Positions 52,411 to 64,000 of a DNA stretch of 64,000 bases are shown here, in pieces. Source of the stretch: Eledone cirrhosa (lineage: Eukaryota); NCBI GenBank assembly GCA_964016885.1, contig OZ024743.1, positions 118,482,001 to 118,546,000 on the forward strand, read 5' to 3'. A program made the translations under genes and the position numbers. The notes beneath the pieces were generated by a model that saw only the letters and a program-made list of their open reading frames with translations, did no database searches and was not told the origin of the DNA. How positions within the stretch are numbered: the stretch's first letter is position 1; each line of letters begins with the position of its first letter.

Positions 52411-52864
52411 TAATGTTTCAGTTGCTAGAGAGATGTTCTATCTACAATATTAATTATTAAATAATCGATAATATTTAATTATTTATACGAAGAGTATATT
52501 AATATTAAAATAAACAAATATTGTTTCAAAATATTATTTTACAGGTTAAAGGGGGGTAATTAAATGAGTTGAACCGGTGTCAAATTTACAAAGGAGACTA
52601 TTAATTATCTAAATATTATTGCTAAGTTTGAATTAATATGCGTTAAGCATTTACAATTATTTAAGGGACATTTTATGTGACCAAGATATATATGTGTGTG
52701 AAATATTTAAGAAAATTAATACATTATATTGAAATATAATTTACTTAGTTCAGACCGCGAGGGTTTAAAATGAGATAAGATAATTTATTATATTTAATAA
52801 ATTAATATAACTTGCTGATACTGTATCTGTATATTTTATGATATAGAAATATCTTATATATATA

Positions 52865-53686
52865 TGATGGCTGCAAACTCTAAGAGTATTGCAGTCGCTT
52901 GTCAGATTCAGATGTGTGACGCTCGGATATGCCTTTTGAAGCCTGCTTGAGACTTGCACTCCGCGCACTGACAACTATGGATCTCCCTGGCTACAGGTCT
53001 TGCATCAGGTTGCCTATAAAACCTCATAATATCGTGGAGATCTTAGTTGACTGGTTCTCCTTGAAGATGGCTGCGACTGAGTACACCAATTCAATGGAGA
53101 CACTGATCATTTCGAGAGGTACACCAGGGCATTGCTTACGCACATTCCGTTTGATCTTTTCGTGCTTTATGCGTCTGTTCTCAAAATTATGGACCCCATC
53201 ACTCACCATTCCTTGCTACGTTTCTCTTTCAAGAAATTCTATTTCCCAGTCAGCCACCATCAAACGATTTTTTTCAATGAGTCCTTTACACAATCTTTGA
53301 ATCGCAGCTTTGCTTTGTGAGGTGGTCTCTTTCATTTACAAAACTGGCCATACAACAGTTGTTTCAAGGTTCGATCATCCTCCATTCTGCAGGGGTGTCC
53401 GGTCCATCGCAAACATCGTTGGTGGATGATATTTTCATTTCTACGACACTCATTTCTCTCAAGGACCTCAACATCACTCACATGCATCTGTCAATGATAC
53501 CGAGTATCTTTCTGAGACACTGCTGGTGAAATCGTTCCTGTCTTTTAATATGCCGTTTGTAAGTAACCCATGTCTCACATGCATACAGCAATGCTGACAG
53601 TACACGTGCGGCATTCTCTTTCACCTTGGTCCGCATTGTGGTTCCTCGCCTGCACCAAAGACGGTCGCTGATCCTTTCAAATAACT
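52865..53686 (-). mobile_element. Degenerate 3' fragment of an RTE (BovB-like) LINE
   Basis: Minus strand VLSALLYACETWVTYKRHIKRQERFHQQCLRKIL matches the RTE thumb motif LLYGxETW. Short CAT tail. Confidence 0.75.
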
Positions 53687-54281
53687 ATATATATATATAT
53701 TCATAGAATAATGAAAAGAAATCAACGCAAGAAAGCTGTTTAAACAGCAAAATGCCGTCAATGACAGTGTCGCGTACAATTTACCTCAGTGGCTAGAAGT
53801 GATAGTAGGAAAGAGGCAAAGGAAAAAAATAAACGCGACCACCCACACATCTTCTCACATCTTCAGCTCTCTGACCGATTGTGGTTTCGCACGATTTAAC
53901 TTAAAAGTATCACATGAAATAATCGTGGACCAGAAAAATAGATGTTTATGCTGGTATGGTGTTTGCGTAAACCAGGTCACGGCTAGAAAGATCACCAAGA
54001 GTCCTGACGCTGTGGAGGTGGCAGTAGCGGAAGTGACAAGCAAGCGCCCTGGTTAAGCGAAGGAGGAAGAAAAGAAAAGAAGCAGCAAGAAGAAGGAAAG
54101 AGTCGGGAGAGAGAGAAAGAATGAAGCTAGAAGGGGAAAAATGAAGAGGGAAATAATTAGTCATCGGACCTCAGGCCGTGTTATCCGTCTAAAATTGAAA
54201 GCTAATATAGCTGTGATGAAAATATAAACGAAATTTTCCCTATTTTAGACGGATACCATTTGCCTGAGATTCGTGGGCTAT

Positions 54282-54566
54282 TTAAAGTTTTACAGTACAA
54301 TATTCACAAACTTTGAAATGGTTGATGTCGGCTTTTGCCAAAGATATATCATACATCACCATTTGGGTACATAACTGAAGAACATAAATTGGGTTGTATG
54401 AGACAATCAGTGAGTTACAAAAGGACGAAAACGTACTGATGATTTTTGAAAGTAAAGGCTGGTGTGCAATGCAGTAACAATGCAGTATGCAATTTCTTTT
54501 ATTGTGCACTAACGCTAAGTGCTTTTCCATATTCCAATCAAGTTGATAGATTTTAAGCAAGAACAC
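54282..54566 (-). pseudogene. Possible hAT transposase remnant
   Basis: Only a CIAHQ motif (similar to hAT C(2)H, HCIxHQ) and LDW upstream. Weak. Confidence 0.25.
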
Positions 54567-55605
54567 AAATCTAAAGGAAGTTGTGCAAAGTGGAAATTTA
54601 CTACTTTTCTGTCAAAATTGAACCAAATTTTGCGAACTTTGCTCTACTCCTCAGCAACAAAGACATATTAAATAAAAACCATGTCTATTTACACAATTAT
54701 TATAAGCTTATTATGATTATAAACGATGTTCGCTATATTAATTATTCGTTTTTGAATCATGTTAATGTAACTTTATATTTTAGATTTAAATATAACTACT
54801 ATCTTTGAAATGTCAGATTTATTGTTATGGTTTTTTTCTTCTCATGTAAATGTTGCGGTCAATTTAATTATCCTGGTGTTTTAGATAGTTGTTGGGTAAA
54901 ACGGTCACGAAACACAGAAATAGCATTATAATATCTATATTTCTTCTAGTACATTTCATCTATCTACATTGAAGGAGCTTGTTTCGGCAAGGGATTTTAA
55001 ACTGATTCAACCATCACTCAAACACATAATCTACAATTAGATTAGCCCTTCACTTTTTTTTTTTTTTCTGTTATGGTACTGTCAATCTACACATCCTCTC
55101 CGATAGGTATATAGTACCCAAAATGTGATTGATAAATGGTGGGTTAAACTAGACAATTACAAACAATAATATGGGTGAGACTTACTTCCAACTATCTTCA
55201 GAGTAAAAAGAAATAAAAATGAGAAGAAAAAAACCATAACAATAAATCTGACATTTCAAGGTTTTAGTGGTATCGTTGTAAACAGAAAAATATAAACAAG
55301 TCCATTTGCTATGAATTTTGGTAAGATGGGAATAAAATAATCTGCCAGTCTGCCAGCGTTACTGAAGAAAAGGAAACGCGAGGTTAAATATCTCAAACAT
55401 GAGACAGGCTCTTCGAAGTGTTATTTTTTGTGTGCAAAAGCAGTCCAGTATGTGAAGGCGGGTTGGAAATCAGCCATGAGTTTATTTAATGGATTACAAA
55501 TAGAGAAGGAAACCTTACAGAACATTTAAAGACTTGTCATTGTCTGTCAAAACAGTTCACGGTTAAGTTATTAAAATAGCTCAGCGTATCGACCGAGAAA
55601 GAAGG

Positions 55606-55680
55606 AAAGAGAAGAAAGAGAAGAAAGAGAAGAAAGAGAAGAAAGAGAAGAAAGAGAAGAAAGAGAAGACAGAGAAGAAA
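55606..55680. repeat. 10-bp tandem repeat (AAGAAAGAGA)n
   Basis: About seven visible copies. Confidence 0.9.
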
Positions 55681-55910
55681 ATAAAGGGAAAAAGAAGGGA
55701 ACCCAAGTTGACAACATCTATTTATTTTGACTCATTTATCAAGACAAACGTCACAAACACGCACACCCACCCACCCATATATATATATATATATATGTGT
55801 GTATATATATATATATTCATATATTTACATTTATGTGTGTATATATATATATATATATATGTATGTCTGTGCGAGTGTATTTGTATAAATAATTGTGCAT
55901 AAAATGCATG

Positions 55911-56054
<144 letters not shown>

Positions 56055-56131
56055 TATGTATATGTATATATATATGTAAGTATGTATGTATACGTACATA
56101 CATATATGCATACAGACGTACAGTAGCATGC

Positions 56132-56200
<69 letters not shown>

Positions 56201-56382
56201 CACATACATACACATACACATATGCATACAGGTACACATACATATATGCACGCATCAGTTTAGCCGACGTTTATTATAACGCGTGCTTTGTTCGTTTGTT
56301 TGTCAACAAATCGAACAGCCTGAATTTATGCCATACAGTGTTAAGGCAACCACGTCACCTTTTTGTTCAACACTGACACAGG

Positions 56383-56427
56383 AACGATGTACTAGTTTCA
56401 AGCTTGTTAGCTATCATCAGCACCGTT
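56383..56427 (-). ncRNA. Type I hammerhead ribozyme, subfamily B2 (first of 12 tandem copies)
   Basis: AACGGTG-CTGATGA-TAGCT aaca AGCTT-GAAA-CTAG-TA-CATCGTT. GUA triplet. Confidence 0.88.
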
Positions 56428-56500
56428 TACCCATCTGCCAGATAGTTGAACGTTCGAAAGTATATACTTTCCTTATGAAAATTAACGGCTGAGCAGCCTA

Positions 56501-56508
56501 ATTTGCAT
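56501..56508 (-). promoter_or_regulatory. Octamer motif ATGCAAAT, conserved upstream of the HHR in families A, B and C
   Basis: Present in every full unit inspected (e.g. 1260-1267, 18719-18726, 56501-56508), usually 70-90 nt upstream of the HHR. Function is inferred. Confidence 0.55.
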
Positions 56509-56664
56509 ATTGAGTGAGTTAAATCGGTCAGGCATACCGAGAACGATAAGTTGAAAAAAATGAAAACGAAATTTCATTTCTCACTCTTAGTATGGCACTT
56601 ACTTAAATGTAAGTATGTATGTATACGTACATACATATATGCATACAGACGTACAGTAGCATGC

Positions 56665-56733
<69 letters not shown>

Positions 56734-57187
56734 CACATACACATATGCATACAGGTACACATACATATATGCACGCATCAGTTTAGCCGACGTTTATTAT
56801 AACGCGTGCTTTGTTCGTTTGTTTGTCAACAAATCGAACAGCCTGAATTTATGCCATACAGTGTTAAGGCAACCACGTCACCTTTTTGTTCAACACTGAC
56901 ACAGGAACGATGTACTAGTTTCAAGCTTGTTAGCTATCATCAGCACCGTTTACCCATCTGCCAGATAGTTGAACGTTCGAAAGTATATACTTTCCTTATG
57001 AAAATTAACGGCTGAGCAGCCTAATTTGCATATTGAGTGAGTTAAATCGGTCAGGCATACCGAGAACGATAAGTTGAAAAAAATGAAAACGAAATTTCAT
57101 TTCTCACTCTTAGTATGGCACTTACTTAAATGTAAGTATGTATGTATACGTACATACATATATGCATACAGACGTACAGTAGCATGC

Positions 57188-57264
<77 letters not shown>

Positions 57265-57728
57265 CACATACATACACATACACATATGCATACAGGTACA
57301 CATACATATATGCACGCATCAGTTTAGCCGACGTTTATTATAACGCGTGCTTTGTTCGTTTGTTTGTCAACAAATCGAACAGCCTGAATTTATGCCATAC
57401 AGTGTTAAGGCAACCACGTCACCTTTTTGTTCAACACTGACACAGGAACGATGTACTAGTTTCAAGCTTGTTAGCTATCATCAGCACCGTTTACCCATCT
57501 GCCAGATAGTTGAACGTTCGAAAGTATATACTTTCCTTATGAAAATTAACGGCTGAGCAGCCTAATTTGCATATTGAGTGAGTTAAATCGGTCAGGCATA
57601 CCGAGAACGTAAAGTTGAAAAAAATGAAAACGAAATTTCATTTCTCACTCTTAGTATGGCACTTACTTAAATGTAAGTATGTATGTATACGTACATACAT
57701 ATATGCATACAGACGTACAGTAGCATGC

Positions 57729-57797
<69 letters not shown>

Positions 57798-58261
57798 CAC
57801 ATACATACACATACACATATGCATACAGGTACACATACATATATGCACGCATCAGTTTAGCCGACGTTTATTATAACGCGTGCTTTGTTCGTTTGTTTGT
57901 CAACAAATCGAACAGCCTGAATTTATGCCATACAGTGTTAAGGCAACCACGTCACCTTTTTGTTCAACACTGACACAGGAACGATGTACTAGTTTCAAGC
58001 TTGTTAGCTATCATCAGCACCGTTTACCCATCTGCCAGATAGTTGAACGTTCGAAAGTATATACTTTCCTTATGAAAATTAACGGCTGAGCAGCCTAATT
58101 TGCATATTGAGTGAGTTAAATCGGTCAGGCATACCGAGAACGATAAGTTGAAAAAAATGAAAACGAAATTTCATTTCTCACTCTTAGTATGGCACTTACT
58201 TAAATGTAAGTATGTATGTATACGTACATACATATATGCATACAGACGTACAGTAGCATGC

Positions 58262-58334
<73 letters not shown>

Positions 58335-58798
58335 CACATACATACACATACACATATGCATACAGGTACACATACATATATGCACGCATCAGTTTAGCCG
58401 ACGTTTATTATAACGCGTGCTTTGTTCGTTTGTTTGTCAACAAATCGAACAGCCTGAATTTATGCCATACAGTGTTAAGGCAACCACGTCACCTTTTTGT
58501 TCAACACTGACACAGGAACGATGTACTAGTTTCAAGCTTGTTAGCTATCATCAGCACCGTTTACCCATCTGCCAGATAGTTGAACGTTCGAAAGTATATA
58601 CTTTCCTTATGAAAATTAACGGCTGAGCAGCCTAATTTGCATATTGAGTGAGTTAAATCGGTCAGGCATACCGAGAACGATAAGTTGAAAAAAATGAAAA
58701 CGAAATTTCATTTCTCACTCTTAGTATGGCACTTACTTAAATGTAAGTATGTATGTATACGTACATACATATATGCATACAGACGTACAGTAGCATGC

Positions 58799-58873
<75 letters not shown>

Positions 58874-59327
58874 CACATACACATATGCATACAGGTACAC
58901 ATACATATATGCACGCATCAGTTTAGCCGACGTTTATTATAACGCGTGCTTTGTTCGTTTGTTTGTCAACAAATCGAACAGCCTGAATTTATGCCATACA
59001 GTGTTAAGGCAACCACGTCACCTTTTTGTTCAACACTGACACAGGAACGATGTACTAGTTTCAAGCTTGTTAGCTATCATCAGCACCGTTTACCCATCTG
59101 CCAGATAGTTGAACGTTCGAAAGTATATACTTTCCTTATGAAAATTAACGGCTGAGCAGCCTAATTTGCATATTGAGTGAGTTAAATCGGTCAGGCATAC
59201 CGAGAACGATAAGTTGAAAAAAATGAAAACGAAATTTCATTTCTCACTCTTAGTATGGCACTTACTTAAATGTAAGTATGTATGTATACGTACATACATA
59301 TATGCATACAGACGTACAGTAGCATGC

Positions 59328-59404
<77 letters not shown>

Positions 59405-59868
59405 CACATACATACACATACACATATGCATACAGGTACACATACATATATGCACGCATCAGTTTAGCCGACGTTTATTATAACGCGTGCTTTGTTCGTT
59501 TGTTTGTCAACAAATCGAACAGCCTGAATTTATGCCATACAGTGTTAAGGCAACCACGTCACCTTTTTGTTCAACACTGACACAGGAACGATGTACTAGT
59601 TTCAAGCTTGTTAGCTATCATCAGCACCGTTTACCCATCTGCCAGATAGTTGAACGTTCGAAAGTATATACTTTCCTTATGAAAATTAACGGCTGAGCAG
59701 CCTAATTTGCATATTGAGTGAGTTAAATCGGTCAGGCATACCGAGAACGTAAAGTTGAAAAAAATGAAAACGAAATTTCATTTCTCACTCTTAGTATGGC
59801 ACTTACTTAAATGTAAGTATGTATGTATACGTACATACATATATGCATACAGACGTACAGTAGCATGC

Positions 59869-59937
<69 letters not shown>

Positions 59938-60403
59938 CACATACATACACATACACATATGCATACAGGTACACATACATATATGCACGCATCAGTTTAG
60001 CCGACGTTTATTATAACGCGTGCTTTGTTCGTTTGTTTGTCAACAAATCGAACAGCCTGAATTTATGCCATACAGTGTTAAGGCAACCACGTCACCTTTT
60101 TGTTCAACACTGACACAGGAACGATGTACTAGTTTCAAGCTTGTTAGCTATCATCAGCACCGTTTACCCATCTGCCAGATAGTTGAACGTTCGAAAGTAT
60201 ATACTTTCCTTATGAAAATTAACGGCTGAGCAGCCTAATTTGCATATTGAGTGAGTTAAATCGGTCAGACATACCGAGAACGATAAGTTGAAAAAAATGA
60301 AAACGAAATTTCATTTCTCACTCTTAGTATGGCACTTACTTAAATGTAAGTATGTATGTATACGTACATACATATATGCATACAGACGTACAGTAGCATG
60401 CAT

Positions 60404-60472
<69 letters not shown>

Positions 60473-60936
60473 CACATACATACACATACACATATGCATA
60501 CAGGTACACATACATATATGCACGCATCAGTTTAGCCGACGTTTATTATAACGCGTGCTTTGTTCGTTTGTTTGTCAACAAATCGAACAGCCTGAATTTA
60601 TGCCATACAGTGTTAAGGCAACCACGTCACCTTTTTGTTCAACACTGACACAGGAACGATGTACTAGTTTCAAGCTTGTTAGCTATCATCAGCACCGTTT
60701 ACCCATCTGCCAGATAGTTGAACGTTCGAAAGTATATACTTTCCTTATGAAAATTAACGGCTGAGCAGCCTAATTTGCATATTGAGTGAGTTAAATCGGT
60801 CAGGCATACCGAGAACGATAAGTTGAAAAAAATGAAAACGAAATTTCATTTCTCACTCTTAGTATGGCACTTACTTAAATGTAAGTATGTATGTATACGT
60901 ACATACATATATGCATACAGACGTACAGTAGCATGC

Positions 60937-61005
<69 letters not shown>

Positions 61006-61469
61006 CACATACATACACATACACATATGCATACAGGTACACATACATATATGCACGCATCAGTTTAGCCGACGTTTATTATAACGCGTGCTTTGTTCGT
61101 TTGTTTGTCAACAAATCGAACAGCCTGAATTTATGCCATACAGTGTTAAGGCAACCACGTCACCTTTTTGTTCAACACTGACACAGGAACGATGTACTAG
61201 TTTCAAGCTTGTTAGCTATCATCAGCACCGTTTACCCATCTGCCAGATAGTTGAACGTTCGAAAGTATATACTTTCCTTATGAAAATTAACGGCTGAGCA
61301 GCCTAATTTGCATATTGAGTGAGTTAAATCGGTCAGGCATACCGAGAACGATAAGTTGAAAAAAATGAAAACGAAATTTCATTTCTCACTCTTAGTATGG
61401 CACTTACTTAAATGTAAGTATGTATGTATACGTACATACATATATGCATACAGACGTACAGTAGCATGC

Positions 61470-61538
<69 letters not shown>

Positions 61539-61992
61539 CACATACACATATGCATACAGGTACACATACATATATGCACGCATCAGTTTAGCCGACGTTT
61601 ATTATAACGCGTGCTTTGTTCGTTTGTTTGTCAACAAATCGAACAGCCTGAATTTATGCCATACAGTGTTAAGGCAACCACGTCACCTTTTTGTTCAACA
61701 CTGACACAGGAACGATGTACTAGTTTCAAGCTTGTTAGCTATCATCAGCACCGTTTACCCATCTGCCAGATAGTTGAACGTTCGAAAGTATATACTTTCC
61801 TTATGAAAATTAACGGCTGAGCAGCCTAATTTGCATATTGAGTGAGTTAAATCGGTCAGGCATACCGAGAACGATAAGTTGAAAAAAATGAAAACGAAAT
61901 TTCATTTCTCACTCTTAGTATGGCACTTACTTAAATGTAAGTATGTATGTATACGTACATACATATATGCATACAGACGTACAGTAGCATGC

Positions 61993-62071
<79 letters not shown>

Positions 62072-62446
62072 CACATACATACACATACACATATGCATAC
62101 AGGTACACATACATATATGCACGCATCAGTTTAGCCGACGTTTATTATAACGCGTGCTTTGTTCGTTTGTTTGTCAACAAATCGAACAGCCTGAATTTAT
62201 GCCATACAGTGTTAAGGCAACCACGTCACCTTTTTGTTCAACACTGACACAGGAACGATGTACTAGTTTCAAGCTTGTTAGCTATCATCAGCACCGTTTA
62301 CCCATCTGCCACATTTTTTTCAACTTATCGTTCTCGGTATGCCTGACCGATTTAACTCACTCAATATGCAAATTAGGCTGCTCAGCCGTTAATTTTCATA
62401 AGGAAAGTATATACTTTCGAACGTTCAACTATCTGGCAGATGGGTA

Positions 62447-62491
62447 AACGGTGCTGATGATAGCTAACAAGCTTGAAACTAGTACATCGTT
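62447..62491 (+). ncRNA. Type I hammerhead ribozyme, subfamily B2, inverted arm
   Basis: Same motif as 56383-56427 on the plus strand. Confidence 0.88.
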
Positions 62492-62673
62492 CCTGTGTCA
62501 GTGTTGAACAAAAAGGTGACGTGGTTGCCTTAACACTGTATGGCATAAATTCAGGCTGTTCGATTTGTTGACAAACAAACGAACAAAGCACGCGTTATAA
62601 TAAACGTCGGCTAAACTGATGCGTGCATATATGTATGTGTACCTGTATGCATATGTGTATGTGTATGTATGTG

Positions 62674-62742
<69 letters not shown>

Positions 62743-62888
62743 GCATGCTACTGTACGTCTGTATGCATATATGTATGTACGTATACATACATACTTACAT
62801 TTAAGTAAGTGCCATACTAAGAGTGAGAAATGAAATTTCGTTTTCATTTTTTTCAACTTATATATATATGTATATATATATGTATATA

Positions 62889-62943
<55 letters not shown>

Positions 62944-62953
62944 GTATATGTAT

Positions 62954-62987
<34 letters not shown>

Positions 62988-62992
62988 GTATG

Positions 62993-63047
<55 letters not shown>

Positions 63048-63181
63048 GTATATATATATATTATATTTGGGGAGGGTCATATTTGCGTAATATTGCCAGA
63101 ATTAATAACAGAACACACTCAAAACTAATTCATCGCCGCTATATATATATATATATATGTATATGTATATATATATGTATA

Positions 63182-63244
<63 letters not shown>

Positions 63245-63794
63245 CATGTCTTTCCGAATATTGTGTATTTTATATGAGTGTGTATATATATATGCGTGGT
63301 GTGATGTACATGTTGCGTGTGATGTACTAATATTCATTTGTTTACAAACAGAAATATATGTATATGGGAAACAGAGATTGCTGGTTGTCAGTTTCCAAGG
63401 ATGAGAACTCTGACATGCTGGAAATGACAGTACTATTTATTAACAAGACATAAACACAATTAGTTAAACATTCTTTCTAAACATGTGCATTATGTATACG
63501 TATGTATAACTGCGTGTGCATACATACATATTTGTATGAAAAACTGTTTCGTATGCATTGGTATAATTACAAGAGAGCTCCAGCCTCGTTCTGATCGAGC
63601 AGACCTGTAATGGCATGAATTCAAGTTGTTGCCTATTCATCGTTTTCTAAGAAATGATTTTAATGTGTGTGAGAGATTGGGCTACTATTTCGAGCATGTT
63701 ACTCTACTGTGAAGAGGCTCCTTCATTTGATTAATGCGTCCACTTGAATATTTTGCCCATTTGGTTACGAATGTACACTGACTTCGATAGCAAT

Positions 63795-63848
<54 letters not shown>

Positions 63849-63849
63849 C

Positions 63850-63939
<90 letters not shown>

Positions 63940-63944
63940 GTATT

Positions 63945-63989
<45 letters not shown>

Positions 63990-64000
63990 GTATATATATA

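Larger units (their letters stand above)
56074..62858. mobile_element. Retrozyme-like subfamily B2 array: 12 tandem units of 523-543 bp plus one inverted unit
   Basis: Identical ORF-track hits at 56283, 56806, 57347, 57880, 58417, 58946, 59487, 60020, 60555, 61088, 61611 and 62154. Inversion at about 62311. Length variation lies in the internal TA/CA tract. Confidence 0.9.

Noticed and set aside
54170-54270. Hairpin TATCCGTCTAAAAT / ATTTTAGACGGATA as an ncRNA
   Set aside because: Single copy, with no recognisable RNA family motif or ribozyme core.
56074-62310. CRISPR-like or multigene tandem array
   Set aside because: No unique spacers, units exceed 500 bp, no cas genes, eukaryotic context.

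Overview
Eukaryotic, very AT-rich DNA dense in microsatellites ((TA)n, (CA)n, (GA)n, (CAT)n) and almost wholly repeat-derived. No host protein-coding gene can be supported. The SINE/LINE content resembles an octopus (coleoid cephalopod) genome, which is an inference. Conventional content: a near full-length decayed L1/Tx1-type LINE with an 18-bp target-site duplication (10.4-16.1 kb), a 5'-truncated RTE LINE (47.9-51.0 kb) plus RTE fragments, a 5'-truncated Penelope-like element with a GIY-YIG endonuclease (2.8-6.0 kb), a non-autonomous Helitron and several tRNA-derived SINEs. The main result is that many of the non-coding repeats inserted into (TA)n tracts carry type I hammerhead ribozyme (HHR) motifs with short palindromic stem III. 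There are about 28 copies in two related 410-540 bp tandem families, including a 6.8 kb array, plus HHR motifs in several unrelated families. These insertions share one geometry: two arms head-to-head with both RNA-sense 3' ends facing outward into (TA)n, often at two fixed positions 60-70 nt apart. The tandem families show compensatory base changes and a conserved octamer/TATA-like block upstream of the ribozyme. Together this suggests a retrozyme-like, Penelope-mobilised, microsatellite-targeting RNA system. Ribozyme activity, transcription and novelty relative to Dfam/Repbase/Rfam could not be tested here.
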